NCBI GenBank assembly: GCA_013239625.1
Contig: MU056000.1
Coordinates: forward strand, 12,537,175-12,601,174
Source of the DNA: Lama guanicoe
Taxonomy: Eukaryota
DNA length: 64,000 nucleotides
Direction: 5' to 3'
Every line of letters starts with the position of its first letter. Position 1 is the first letter of the stretch. The notes below the pieces were generated by a model, which ran no database searches, was not told the origin of the DNA, and saw nothing but the letters and a program-made list of their open reading frames with translations. The position numbers and the translations under genes are program-made. Positions 1-13,204 of this stretch are shown piece after piece.

Positions 1-39
1 TCTGCCCTTCCCTCCAGAAGCTCCAGTTTTATTGTCTTT

Positions 40-482
40 CATTCCTTCCACTCAACCAGGCTGGCTTCTTGGCTGTTCCTTCAGTGGGACCATCCCAGGC
101 ACCCTGTTGATTTCAGGTCTTTAAGCGTGATAGTCCCTCTGCCCAGGTGTTCTCCAAACCCCCTCACCTCCCTCACAACTTTGCTCAGATGTCGCATTCT
201 CAGTGAGATCTCCTTGACCATCCTGTTTTAAATTTCAACCCACCATCTACCCACCCTCCCCAACATACCTTGCTTTTTCCCCATTCCCCAATTCTTTCCT
301 CCACAGTGCTAATTATCCATGGATGATACATTTTTCTTAAATAATTTGCTTATTCTGTCTCCCGCCACAAGAATATAAGCTCCATAAGGCTGAGCTTTTT
401 GTTGTTGTTGTTGTTGTTCAATGCTGTACCTCTAGAACTTAGGACAGAGTAGAAAGTCAATAAATATTATTGAGAGGGATGA
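40..482 (+). mobile_element. L2 LINE 3' end fragment
   Basis: Typical L2 3' motifs (ccctctgccc..., aagaatataagctccataagg, gtacctctagaacttaggacag...tcaataaatatt). Recognised from memory of the consensus; boundaries approximate. Confidence 0.75.
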
Positions 483-539
483 AAAAGTTAGTGGTTGAAG
501 AGGTAAAAATTAAACATAATCTTCCAACAATGAATAATT

Positions 540-1055
540 AAATCTGAGTTATGTACCATGAAGGAACATAAGCTCCATGAAAGACCATAACCAGGATGAG
601 GCTGGGGAGAGGAATAAGTGTTGTAGGCAGAGGGAACAGCATGATTTAGGGACCTGTGTGCAGAGGGAACAAGGAATTCTTGAGGAGCTGAGGTGAGTGC
701 ATAGTAGTAGGAATTCACAGAGAAAAAGCAAAGGAGGAAAAGATGAGTCTGGACACACAGCTGAGGTCAGTACAAGCAGGACTTTGCAGGCCAGGCCGAG
801 GACTCTGTTCCTCACACCACAGGAGAATGTAAATGGGGTGGGGTGGGGTGGGTGCATATGGGAAGGAAAGAAAAGATCATTCTAGGTTCAGTGTGGGGAA
901 CAGACGAGGGTCCAGGATGGATTCAGGAAGCCTGATGAGGAAATTCTTGCAGTCACCAGACTGAGACGAAGGGCTGCTTGGACTACAGAAGCAACAGAGA
1001 AATGGAGAAAAAGAGGCGGAAGAGGCGCTTAAATAGAGGTAAAATCCACAGTCCT
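540..1055 (-). mobile_element. L2 LINE fragment
   Basis: Purine-rich antisense L2 motifs (aggcagagggaacagc, gatcattctagg, gaggtaaaatccacag). Confidence 0.6.
835..852 (+). other. G-quadruplex-forming motif
   Basis: GGGGTGGGGTGGGGTGGG: four G-runs with 1-nt loops. Confidence 0.6.
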
Positions 1056-1139
1056 GCCATGGGGTAGGTTAAGGCATGTATCCTCCGCGGGGGCAATATT
1101 GTCCTCAAGCGAGTGGAAATTGGTTCTGGGGGCTGTAGT

Positions 1140-1430
1140 TCATCAGGGTTGGTTCCTCTCAGGCCTCTCTCCTTGGCTTGCAGACGCTCTCTTTTTTGGT
1201 GTGTCCTCACGTGGTCTGTCCTCTGTGTGCGAGTATCCCTGACGTTTCTCTGTGTGCATAACTCTCCTGGTCTTATAAAACACCAGCCAGATCGGATTAG
1301 GGTCTACACTTACAATGTCATTTTAACTTCACCTCTGTGAACACCTCATCTCCAGATGTGGTCACATCCTGAGGTGCTGGGGGTTAGGACTTCAACATAG
1401 CAATTTTAAGGGCTGTAATTCATCCCACAT
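1140..1430 (-). mobile_element. MaLR LTR (MLT1A/B-like), partial
   Basis: ctctccttggcttgcagacg...tgtgtcctcacgtggtc...ggattagggtc...gtcacatcctgaggtgctgggggttaggacttcaacata matches antisense MLT1. Confidence 0.75.
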
Positions 1431-1620
1431 CTGAAGTAAAAATATCTTACTCTTTGTATACGTATGCCACAGGAACACATATGGCACATATACAGGTATA
1501 CAGTGGATTTGTGGTATTGAAATTTCATATAGGTAGGGAACAGCTAGAGGAAAAAATGACTGAAAAACTTCTGGAGTAGGGAGTGATAACGAAGTACGGT
1601 TGAACTCTTCAGGAATGTGA

Positions 1621-2168
1621 CAAAATGCTCAACATGGCTAATTGTTAGAGAAATGCACATTCAAACTACAATGAGGTATTGCCTCACACTGGCCATAATG
1701 GCTATTATCAAAATGTCTAGAAATAATAAATGCTGGAGAAGCTGTGGAGAAAAGGGTACCCTCGTACACTGGTGGTGAGAATGTAAATTGGTGCAGCCAC
1801 TGTGGAAGACAGTATGGAGATTCCTTATAAAACTAAAGATAGACTTACCATATGATCCAGCAGTCCAGCTCCTAGGCATATAACCATAAAAGACAAAACC
1901 TTTAATTTGAAAAGATACATGCACCCCAATGTTCACAGCAGCCATGATGTGGAAACAATCTAAATGTCCATTGACAGATGACTGGATAAAGAAGTTGTAG
2001 TATATTTATACAATGGAATACTACTCAGCCAAAAAAAGCAATTTGCAGCAACATGGATGGACCTGGAGATCATCATTCTAAGTGAAGTAAGCTGGAAAGA
2101 GAAAGAAAAATACCATATGAGATGACTTATATGTAGACTCTAAAATAATGATACAAATGATACAAACT
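1621..2168 (+). mobile_element. L1 ORF2 3' end / 3' UTR fragment
   Basis: aaaatgctcaacat...aactacaatgagg...aataaatgctggaga...catatgatccagca...caacatggatggacctggagatcatcattctaagtgaagtaagc are canonical L1 ORF2 C-terminal sequences. Confidence 0.92.
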
Positions 2169-2369
2169 CCAGGATTGGATTCTTCTAGGTGCATGTGACA
2201 GAAACCTAGACCTCCAAACCCAGTTAGGGACCTGGCAAGATTGTTGTTGATATGGTGGCCATTGCATGACAATCAGACTGGGAGGGAGTGAAGAACCAGG
2301 AGACCGATGGACGGGAAGAAAGGAAAAGCAGTCAGTGGGATAAACATCCCGGAGAAGCCAAACCACAGT

Positions 2370-3070
2370 CACGGTAAGAGTAGTTGGAAAAGCATGTTTG
2401 AGTCACGGAGCAGGACACTTGAATTTGAAGCTTTGGAGGTGGAGATGTTTGCATGGTGACAGTTTTCCTGGTAAATGGGGAAGAAGGTGGCTGAAGGGGT
2501 GAGGAGGTTATTGAATAAGAGGAAGTGAAGATGCTGAGAGCCCAGGGCTTCAGATAAGTTGTGCGTGTGGAAGGTGATGCCACCCAGGAACCTGGTGGCC
2601 AAGCCGTGGGGAAAGAGAAGGAATAAACAGGAGCCCATGAAGATGTGAGGAGGAGGGAAGGTCAGGTCAAGGAGCAGAAGCCTCGAAGCAGACGTGGTGC
2701 TGTTTTTCACAAAAGAGTGGGAGAACAGACTTCTAGAAGTTGCACTGAGGAGCAAGGTGCTCACCAGCTTCACTGGAGAGGGGTGGAGCTCAGTCTCAGC
2801 GGCTTCAGTCAAGGCAAGGAGGGAGAAGAGATGTTCCAAAAAGGGAACTGAGGATAAGAAGGAATTTGCCTGCACTGACACTGTGGTCTGCAGCACATGA
2901 CGGCAGAGTTTTAGGGGCGGGGAGGGGAGGAGAGCACAGCTGAGCCTGGGTGAGGAAACAGAGTGCATTATGGGGATGATGACGGTGCAGCCAGTGGGTT
3001 CCCCGGAAGCTTCCCCTTGGGTGTGGATTGATGATAATTGGAGATGAGAGACATGGAGATGAAACTCTAA
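2370..3070 (-). mobile_element. L2 LINE ORF2 endonuclease-region remnant
   Basis: The minus-strand translation contains HLFSLLALTE (cf. L2 LLALTETWL) and TRFLGGITFHTHNLSEALGSQHLHFLLFNNL (cf. IILGDFNIHVDDPSNTLASQFLDLLSSNDL). Confidence 0.7.
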
Positions 3071-3329
3071 CACTCCCGTGGTGGACAGTGAGTTCTGGCC
3101 CTAATGGCCAAAGAGGAATTCTCCACTCTGCCTCAGTAGACCTTGCAGTCTGGGCTTCAAACAAAGCACACGTGGTGAACCCACTTCACACGTGGGCTCA
3201 GCACACATTGTTCTGACCACCTCAAATCTCTCCAAAGACCTCCCAGGCCTTTACACTCCTTGACCCTTCCTCTCTCACAACCTGCACTTAGAAGACGTTC
3301 TCCGACTCCTTGGTTTGAAGCTTGCCTCT

Positions 3330-3480
3330 GAGACTTTATGAGCTCAGCGACCTCGGGCAAGTGACTCAGCCTCTCTGTGCTTCATCCTCCTTATCTGTAA
3401 AATGGGAATAATATCACGCAACTCATAGGGTTGTCATGCAGATGATACAATGGACCTGAGTCACAGCACCTGGGACCTAG
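3330..3480 (+). mobile_element. MIR SINE
   Basis: gacctcgggcaagtgactcagcctctctgtgcttc...atctgtaaaatgggaataata core. Confidence 0.8.
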
Positions 3481-3569
3481 AGAGGGACGAAAGAGAACAC
3501 GCAGCCTAATTTCTGTTTCTCCAAATGGTTCCTAAAATCCAGCCTTACCGGACTTTCCCCAGTCGTCTC

Positions 3570-3695
3570 TGTTCTGTATCTCCCTCACTGGACCGTGCGT
3601 GACTCTAGGGCAGGGACCTAACTTCTCATTTTCTTATCTCGAGTACTCTGAAAGTTGCCTCACACTTAGTATTTTAAAAATATTTGTTGAGGTGT
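3570..3695 (+). mobile_element. L2 3' terminal fragment
   Basis: tgtatctccctcactggac...agggcagggacc...aatatttgttga. Confidence 0.6.
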
Positions 3696-6122
3696 AAGTG
3701 ACTTACATACTATGACCTCTATGTCCTCTCCCAGATCTATTTGCCTTTTAAGACAAGACAAAAAACTTAAGTAAAAGTGACTCTCAGCTGCCCAATTTCA
3801 GGTGAAAGGTCAGGCGGAGGAGAGAGAGTTACTTGGGGAGGGGTGGGCTGGCTTCGGTGGGCAGGGCAGCGTTATCGGTGAGGAACCACTGAAACTGCAT
3901 CACATGCGGCTGGTTTTTGATTCTCAGTTCATAAGGCTAATCCTGTCTTTGGTGTTTGTTTTGTGATATGACCTGATAACAACATGATTTGTTGTCTTAT
4001 TAATGAGTTCTTGAAAAGAAGGGGTGTAAGGGCTTGTTCTAATTCAAATATTAGAAATGAAAACGCATCTGCGAATCACAGGCTGAAGCCAGTCATTACT
4101 ATATGAATAGAGCTGCCTCACTAAGCGTCCGACGTCTGAATAGACTTCGATGCATCTCCAATAGTCTTCCTGTGGGACTGGCGGCCGTTGGGCAGATGGC
4201 CTTACAGTGATCTTGCTGAAAACACTGTGTGATACTGTGTATTCAATCTGGATAGAATACAAGCAATTAGAATGGCCTTTATTTCACTTGGTATTCTTTG
4301 GAAAAAGTAACATTTATTGTTGCGTTCTTCATGCGTTCCTGGAAGTTTGACAGCTGTTTTAGAATCACAGTTTCAGCCTTTCCCTGAAGGTCTCATTGAA
4401 AGTTCCCTAGGCCGCTGTAGACTGATTACAAGAGCTGGCGTTCCCTTACCTAATTCTCCAAATCTCTAAAGACAATTAATAACTATTCAATGGCTTTATC
4501 TTTTTAAAACAAGGAACTAGGACTTTACACACTAAGTCTATTATCAATCCATCAGTGTTATTAAGTAACCAGAGAGTAAGTTTATTCTGGCAAAGCCCTT
4601 ACAGTAAGCTAACACACATATCATCTTCTTTCTATATGTACTGCGGGGTGATTTGCTGACTTCCGGTGGAAACATACACAGTTCTCTTACAGATTTTCTT
4701 CTTATGAATCATGATATTTTCTTTTCCTAGATGGAAAAAAGTAAAAATATAAAGAGTTCATAATTTCCATCCATTATATCGTGTGCTAAGCATATGCCTA
4801 TATCTTCATTATATTTCGCCAATTAAAAAATGACTTATTCTTCATTTACACAAGGCACATAAAAAATATACTTCAACTATACTACACTTTTAAAAAGAAA
4901 AAAAACCTGTTATTATCCTTAAATTTGCTTATCAAATTTATAATACAATGAAAATAATTGTATGAGGTTATAAGGCATATGGATTATTATATTTAAAAAA
5001 CATTCACATTAGTCATTTCTTCATTTATCCTGGGCATCTGATTTTAGGGAGAAATGCTGGCTAGTCGTGCAACCTAGTTTGATTGATAGTTTCTGATAAT
5101 CTCGGTCTTTGAGGAAATAACTGGATCTTTTAGTGGATCTATCAACTGCAAAATTGCTTGATTAAATCTTGGTTAACTTTTTTTAAGGCCTATCATTCTG
5201 TTGGCACCCAACCATCTATACTCCGCAGCCCACATTCATTCACACAAGGTCCTTCTGATGTTCGAATCAGAATTCTTCCAACTTTACCCCTCTTCCATTT
5301 CTCTGAAGCAAGCACAAATTCATCCTTACCAGTTACAAGCCACCACTACTCTCAAAAGGAAGAGGAGGCCAAAGTGTGGCTGATAATTCAGATAATTTTG
5401 TTGAGTCGAACCTAAAGATACTTTGCATTTGAATTTTGGCTTTGTTTTTGTTTGTTTGTTTTAATCTTAGACTATGGTTCCGCTTGTTCCTTGAGACAGT
5501 TTGGGTTTATGGAATCAAAAGAGATTCTTGTGTGATCTTTGAGGAAGATCACTTAGGAAGGTCAAGGTGCAGGGGAGTAGTTATAGACAGGAGAGATGCC
5601 TGAAAGCCAACAGGGCCCAGAAATGAGCATCCTAACTGGGAACTAGCAAATCAGATGAAGAGGATAGTAACCTACTTTGGCACTTGGTCAGTGGACAAGG
5701 TCAAATATCAGAGATCTTTGTGATTTATGAAGCCAAACACTCAACCATGTGTGCGTTTACCACGGATGCTCGATGCTTTAAACTTCTCCCCAGCCTATCT
5801 TTCCTGCCTTTTGACTTCTCCCCGGTCCTCCCAGGGCTTTTCCTGAACCTGCGGGCTTCCCTCCTTCTGCTTACATCATTCCTCATCCCACGTGTATTTC
5901 TGATAATAGGCTTGCTGAGTACAAGGGAATTTTGTGAAATGGTAGAGGAGGAGGGTGGAGATGGGAAGTAGCTCCTTAATATATTCACCTTCCCTAATTA
6001 AGAATTATATTTCCAGATAACTGACGCTAACTGATGGAGAGGTCTCTGCATAAGAAATGAATGTAATTTGCTAAATTGTCATGATTGAACACATGGCAAA
6101 GGGGAAGGCACTAGCATATATC

Positions 6123-6293
6123 CCAGAGTATTTCTGCAGCATAATATGCATATCAGTCACCTGGGGTCCACATTAAATTGCAGATTCTGATTCAGTAGGT
6201 CTGGACTAGGGCAAAAGCGCATCATTTCTGAAAAAAAGCTTCCAAGGGGTGTCTACACTGCTGGTCCTGGCTGCACCCATCAATAGCTAGGGC
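6123..6293. mobile_element. MER5-type hAT-Charlie MITE
   Basis: tgcatatcagtcacctgggg...tgcagattctgattcagtaggtctgg...aagcttccaagg...tgctggtcc. Confidence 0.75.
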
Positions 6294-7963
6294 TTAAGGG
6301 ATTCCAAATAATTAAGCTATTCTATACAATTGGAGATCGTCTATTTCTGGGAGTGTATGTCAAAGGTCTGCACCTAGTTTTTTCCAATCTGGTACTTAAA
6401 CAGAGATTCCTTGGCCTCTGCCTCTGCTGTCTATATCTGATTAATTGCTACGCTTAAGTCATGAAATGTTAAATGGCTATTACCTGGCCTCCACAGCTAG
6501 ATGACAGCTTCTGTGTCTTTAAATATGTGGAGAGTTATTGTTTTCTCTTTCTCAAAGGATCGCTGATCATTCCCAGCATACCCTCCGCCCCCGACATTCA
6601 CAGGGGACTAAAATAGAAACAGGGCCAAATTCATGCTGCACAACTTTGGCTTGTGCAGAGCAGGGCTCTGTAGGATGCTGGGGCCTGTTTGAATCTTCAT
6701 CACTGAGTGATTGTCTCAAAAAGAATAGACTAATGTAATCCCTGTTGCTGGACGAGAACCTCTGACTCAGAGCACAGCCTGGTGGATTTAGACGGCTGGG
6801 TCGCTGACCCTCACAAGTTGCGAGTGCTCCACGTGATAATGGAAAGATCACATGGTCGCCTTCCATCAGTGAACAGCCCCTGCCAGGTTCTCATTCTGTG
6901 AGTCCCTCCTCCACCTGTGTCTGGGAAGACTTCAGTCCCACGTGAAGTTCATCTTTGCCTGCACCTTAGGGGACCATTTCTTGACCTCTGTCTCGTCAAG
7001 GGACTTAGGAAGCCTTGGCCCAACACTGAGGTTAATGATGGCACAATGGCCTTGGTTCTGAGGCCCTTGGACAAGTCTGCCCTTGGACACACTTAGGGTA
7101 AGACCATCAGCAGCATATCCCAGAACCTTCCTAAACTGCACTCCTCCAGAACTGAGGTCCTTCTTAGATCATGACAGTCCTCTTCTTGGCTGGGAGGCCA
7201 GGTCCTAAGCTCACTGCCAGTGGGAAGAGCGCAGCAGCCAACGGGAGCTTTCCACGGTCTCTGCTGAGGCCGCCTGTAGCCTCTCTGAATTTCACCTTTT
7301 ACCTGGATCCCCGGCCCCTCCTAGCTGCACATATAATCCCGTTGTTATTCCATCCTATACATCCTAACACTGTTTGCCTTGACTGGTCGAAATTTACTGA
7401 ATTCTCTGAATACTGGGGTTTTGTTCAGTTTCATCCCTAAACTGTTAGGAGTCCGGGCATTCCCCACATTAAGGGGCAGGCCTATTCCTGGGTCTACCTC
7501 CTCTAGTCTGATCTTTGCGCCACAGTGAATCTGACTTTGCCCGACAACATTCTGAGATGAAACGTGGGTGCCAGGGAGATGGCTGTTCCCGATGTTTCTG
7601 AGTGTTTGGTGATGGTGTCAACCAGAAGAAGAACCACATGCTGAAATTTTGAGACAAGGGTGTTATAAAAAGTTTTGGGGAAGAGTTCTTTGCCTAATCT
7701 CTGGACTGGAACTCAGGAGCTTATAACCCACATCCATTCCGTTAATGTGAGGGATAAATCTTATTACCTTTCTTTATAGTTACATGCCCAGAAAGGATTA
7801 TAGAGTACTTAGGTGTGGCCACCTACAACATTAACTCTCAGATACTGTCACTGGGACCTGACAGCTTATTTTACCAAAAAAAAGATACTTTTTATTTCGT
7901 TTTTTTTTTTTAAATAAAGCTATTATTCGTCAGACTTAAGGAGATTTGAAAGTGATCAGGATA

Positions 7964-8349
7964 CACATATTGAGTGAAGGAAGTCAGACAAAGACAAATA
8001 TCATATGATATTACTTATGGGTGGAATCTAAAAAAAAATGATACAAACTCTATTCACAAAATGAAAACAGACTCATGGAAACAGAAAACAAACTATGTTA
8101 CCAAAGGGAAAAGCACGGGGAGGGATAAATCAAGGGTTAGAGATTAACAGACACACATTACTTTACATAAAATAGATAAACAACGTGGACTTACTGTATA
8201 GCATGGGGAACTATATACAATTTCTTGTAATAGCATATAATGGGAAAGAATCCGAAAAGAAAAAATATGTATGTATGTATGTATAACCGAATCACTTCAC
8301 TGTATACCTGAAACTAACATTGTAAATCTACTACACTTCAATAAAAAAA
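7964..8349 (+). mobile_element. 5'-truncated L1 3' end with poly(A) and TSD
   Basis: L1 3' UTR (gggagggataaat, gggaactatata, tgtatacctgaaactaac, caataaaaaaa). TSD aaagtgatcaggata at 7949-7963 and aaactgatcaggata at 8350-8364. Confidence 0.92.
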
Positions 8350-9344
8350 AAACTGATCAGGATATATATGTAATAAATACACACGTATGTATACACACAA
8401 ATGCATACATTAAAAATGTCTCTAATTCAGTGTTTTCTTTCAGTAGCTCATATACAAACTTGATAATTTTGCTATATTCATGTAACATGTGAACTTGTTT
8501 ACTTAAGTGTTTTCCTCAAATTAGCTCAGTGGTTTATTTTTATGGAGACATTTATTTAAATAGGGACATCTATTTCACCATCAAAATGGAAAACCATTAT
8601 AATTTGCCATAAATAGGAGATACCAGAAGACTTGAATTCTAGCCAGGTGGTGTGGTCTGCCACAGACTCTGGATGAGAGGTGCACTTGCTCAAGCAAGGA
8701 GATCAGTCAGCGCTAGAGTGGAGATAAAAAACTCTGGATCAAACTGAGCCTTAGCCTGGATTTGGATTGAAGAGTGACGAAAAGGAAACACCTCTGTGCA
8801 TTATTACATGTTGGTTCCCGGAACCACCTAACACCATCTTGCCAGTCCCCAGGGTGGACATCACATTGCCTGGAAATTAATGACCAAACTCTGTCTGTGC
8901 CCAACAAAAATTGTGTTTGTTCCCGCTATTTTGAACATAATTTCTATTGCACCTAAGCTGCTAACACCATCAACTGAAAAGAGGAATATGAATCAAATCA
9001 CATCGGGTCCTCTTTAAAATATTACCAAAGAGCTCCTTTAACTGGCTTTGCCACTAACTTACTGCTACTTCACAGATACATTAGTTTAGAAGAAACAAAT
9101 CACTTGCGGATTCTCTGTACAGGCTCTGCCCTTGAGATGTTTTCCCTAAAGTTTGCTAGGAGCTGCCTCCAGCCCTTCCTTCCAATAATTTGGTCATTCG
9201 ATTTCACACATCTTGTCATGCAGCTTCAAGGACCTAAACTCTCTTTTTTTTAATCTCTTTTCTTCCGTCTCCCTCCATCCTTGTCCATCTGTGGTGTAAG
9301 GCGTAAAACTAAGGCCCAGTATTATGTGTTGCCTTGACATCTAG

Positions 9345-9781
9345 GGAAAGGGGGAGGGGCTTGAATGGCTGAACAGCGTGCTTCCTTCCCCTCCCTGCTC
9401 CTGTGGGCAGGGGGCCCCAGCCAAACAGCGCCTCCCACCCCCGTGTCACGGGGACCAGGCACGGTCCTGCTTATCCCTGAGCAGCAGGCTTCAGTTCCCT
9501 GCCAGTCCACAGACTGGTTCAGACAAGTCCATCGCATCCTCCCGCGGGAAGCGCCCCAACCTCTCCCTTCTTATTACTACGAAGCCTGCCTCCTACAGCC
9601 TCCACTGATTCGCTCCGCTCCAAGTACGGCTCCCGTGGGCCTTGGTAGAGCGGTGTCCCCGCTGGGCTGTGAGTGTGTGAGGCTAATAAGCTGCTGTTGG
9701 TCTCCTCCGTCCACAGTTGGCAGTCCTGTGGTTGTGCATCCCCATGACTCTTGAGTGGGAAATCTCTCCCTGAGCAGTGAG
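9345..9781 (+). promoter_or_regulatory. Putative CpG-enriched promoter and non-coding first exon of an unidentified + strand gene
   Basis: Non-repetitive, GC/CpG-rich compared with the flanks. GGGGGAGGGGC (Sp/KLF-like) at about 9350 and TCCCGCGGGAA (E2F-like) at about 9540. Splice donors GCT|GTGAGT (9668/9669) and GAG|GTAAAG (9781/9782). Confidence 0.55.
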
Positions 9782-10279
9782 GTAAAGAATAGGTGGTTAA
9801 AACACCCTCTCAGATGTGCCACTGCTATGAAGCGTCCCATAACCCGGTGCCCTTTGCTGTGGGATCTTTGGAAGGGGAGTGAAACCGTCAATTTAAATTT
9901 GAAGACACATTTACATTAAACTGCGACTATGTGGTCATTTCCCGTGTTTTCTGGGGATGCGATTTTAGGCAGTGTACTCAGTGGGTGGGAGAGATATTTT
10001 TGGGAAGTGCAGGATGACTGTCTTCTTTGTCTGATGGTAAGCCCTGTCCTAAATGCTCGGCTCATGTGCTTATGCGCCAGAGGAGGGAAACCGACCTGAA
10101 TATAAACTACAAAGTCTTGGACAGACAGTCAGAGTGTTTTTAAGAAAGATACCACACTCCGTATTTTAACATTTCAGTCCTTACAAAAAGCCACACCATC
10201 AGGTAAAAAGAAAAGATTTATTTCTCTTGCTCATTGGTACCATGGAAACAGATGGTGTAGTTTGTTAATAACAGACACA

Positions 10280-10460
10280 AGGGTTTCACTCACTGGGTTT
10301 GATGTCTAGTTCTGACTCGAACTGCTGATAATCCCAGCAACTTACTTACTGTCAGTTACATCTGTAAAATGGGTACTTATCCCTTGGGGTTCTTGTGGGG
10401 ATGGACGGGATTAATAGTGCCAGGCCCGTGGTAAGTATTGCTCACATTTTGGCTATTTTT
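10280..10460 (+). mobile_element. MIR SINE (degenerate)
   Basis: ctgggtttga...cagttacatctgtaaaatgggt...gtgccaggcccgtggtaagta. Confidence 0.55.
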
Positions 10461-11761
10461 CTACCATGTGGAAATCTCAATCTCAAATAAATATTTGACA
10501 GCATCCATATGTTTTTACATTGCTATTTTCTAATATCCTGACTTTCTGTAGATTTATGGCTAGTGTCTTAGTTTAAATCTGCCTGAAAGCCTTACTTGTT
10601 CTTGATTGAACTGCCAGTTTATTTGAAAGTAATTTTTTCTCTGGTCTGAATTATTGCAAGGGGGAAGCAACGAATACTGGGCATAAACAGGCTTCGCGCA
10701 CGCTCAGCGAGCAGCTGGCTAAATAAATACAATGTTAGGCATACTTTCTGATTTAATGAACTGGATTTTTTTCCACACTAATGCCAAACTTATTTCTGCA
10801 TCCATATCTGTGTTCAAGATGGCTAGACTTTCCGAAAGTCTGACTTCCAGAATAAGGGAGATGTTATTCAATTCTTGCCTTGAGGAATTACGTTTTGGTC
10901 CCCATAAGTTAAAGTCACTGTTTTCATCAGAGAAACATCATAATTTAAAACAAAAGGCTCTTTTTTTCATGTTGGAAATAAGGCTGGAGCTCCATGCCCT
11001 GTTTGTCTAGTTAATCAGACCTCTGAAAGGGCAACGTTCCTAGAGAGGTATGAATACAGTTTGGGAGGGACTGTTGTTTGTAGCTAATGGGTTCAGATAA
11101 GGATGTGGTTGATATGCCATATTTATTGGAGGTGGAAAGAGGAAAAAGAAATTGGACTGAGACCCTGCAGATTCAGACATGCCCTTTATTATTATTTTAA
11201 GTTTATATGTGAGCAAACAAGTGATAGTAGACACTGAATAATTTTCCCAGCTTAGGCAGCTAAAGAACGTGTCTGCAGGTGTATGTTTGCACGTGCATGG
11301 AGGTGCATCTAAGCAGATAGAAAATGAACACACTGAAGAAATAGGACGATAATCACAAAACACCAGTGATCACTTCAAAGTGTTGGTTGACAGTCAGTGC
11401 ATTGTGGGAAGAGTGACGTCATTGCCACAACTCTCTGCTCTCCTGAGACGGCAGAATGTAAGAATTATTGCTGTGTTAGTATTAATTTTTGGAAGAAACA
11501 GTTTACATTTTTTTCTATCAAATCAAAGTAGAACTGAAAATGGAAATAAGATTGGACCTTCCAAAGTTGTTTTTACTGTACAGTTTCTAGTCTTTGAGAA
11601 GGATACATTTGTTATCTAGGATCACTCATAAATTGGGGGAAACATCCTTCATGAGTAAATATTTGGCTTTAAAACCAACAGTTAAAGAACTGAAGCACTT
11701 TGGGAGCCAGACTCATGTACATTCCAAATGGTAGAAATGAGCTTTTTGTTTTAATGAAATA

Positions 11762-12135
11762 ATTTTTTTTGTATTAAAGTATAGTCGGTTTACAATGTTG
11801 TGTTAGTTTCTGGTGTACAGCATAGTGATTCAGTCATATATATATATATATGTGTGTATACATATATATATGTATATATATATATATTCCTTTTCATATT
11901 CTTTTTCATTATAAGCTATTGCAAGGCACTGAATATAGTTCCCTGTCTTATACAGTAGGATGTTGTTGTCTATCTATTTATCTATCTTATATATAGTAGT
12001 TAGTATCTGCAAATCCCAAACTCCTAATTTATCCTTCCACCCTCACCCCTTCCCTCTTCCTAACCATAAGCTTGTTCTTTATGTCTTTGAGTCTGTTTTT
12101 GTTTTGTAAATAAGTTTTTGTCATAATTTTTTTTA
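11762..12135 (-). mobile_element. L1 3' end with internal (TA)n
   Basis: T-tract, then aaagtatagtcggtttacaatgttgtgttagtttctggtgtacagcatagtgattcag...tgaatatagttccctgt (antisense L1 3' UTR). Approximate TSD tgaaata(a)tttt on both sides. Confidence 0.9.
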
Positions 12136-12544
12136 ACCAGTTGAAATATTTTAAGTACATTTTATGAAGACCAAACAGTTCAATGCATTTGCACAGAGCT
12201 GTGATATTCTTCTTACCCGGGGAGGTCAGACTTATAGAAGCTCATGAGACATGAGCCCAGAAACAAGCCAAAGGAAACCATGAGCAGAAATCAATGAGAA
12301 TTCCTGTTATGAAGCCTACTAGGCATTGTGGTCCGGAAGTCCTCGGTCTCTCTGCAAATAAGGGAGTGGACAACAAAGATGGCTGATTACGCAGGAATGG
12401 TTGTTGGTAGGGAGAGGAGACAAAAAATCTATACAATGTGGGCAGAAGTATCAGAGTCTGAGTCCTTCATGCATGGGGCAAGTGGGGCCACAGGATTCAG
12501 GGACTCTTTTTTCTTTAAATTGTTGCTGTTCTATTTTCTCATAT

Positions 12545-12621
12545 CTTTTTTTTTAAATTGCAGTATAGTTGATTTACAGTATTTCAGGTGTACAGCAAAA
12601 TGATTCATATGTATGTATGTA

Positions 12622-12678
<57 letters not shown>

Positions 12679-13172
12679 CTTTTTCAGATTCTTTTCCTTT
12701 GTAGGCTATTAGAAGATATTGAATAGAGTTCCCTGTGCTCCACAGTAGGTCCCTGTTATTTATCTATTTTATATATAGTAGTATATACATATTAATCCCA
12801 AATTCTTAATTTATCCCTCCTCCCCTTCCCCTTTGGTAACCATGTTTCTTTTCTATGTCTGTGAGTCTATTTCTGTTTTGTAAATAAGTTTATTTATATC
12901 ATTTTTTTTAGATTTCACATGGAAGTCATATCATATGATATTTGTCTTTGTCTGATTTACTTCACTTTGTATGACAATCTCCAGGTCTATCCATGTTGCT
13001 GCAAATGGTATTATTTCATTCTTTTTTATGACTGAGTAGTATTCCATTGTACACATATACTACATCTTCTTTATCCATTCATCTGTCAGTGAACACTTAG
13101 GTTACTTCCATGTCTTTGCAGTAGTAAATTATGCTGCTACAAATGTTGGGATGCAAGTATCTTTTCAAATTT
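12545..13172 (-). mobile_element. L1 3' end with (TG)n(TA)n microsatellite
   Basis: attgcagtatagttgatttacagt...ccatgttgctgcaaatggtattatttcattctttttatgactgagtagtattccattgt...gtatcttttcaaattt. Confidence 0.92.
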
Positions 13173-13204
13173 GAAGAAATCCCTTTTTTCCTATTTAAAT
13201 TACA

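Noticed and set aside
9669..9716. Intron between GTGAGT (9669) and ccacag (9716)
   Set aside because: Only 48 nt, below the normal mammalian minimum. Treated instead as alternative donors.
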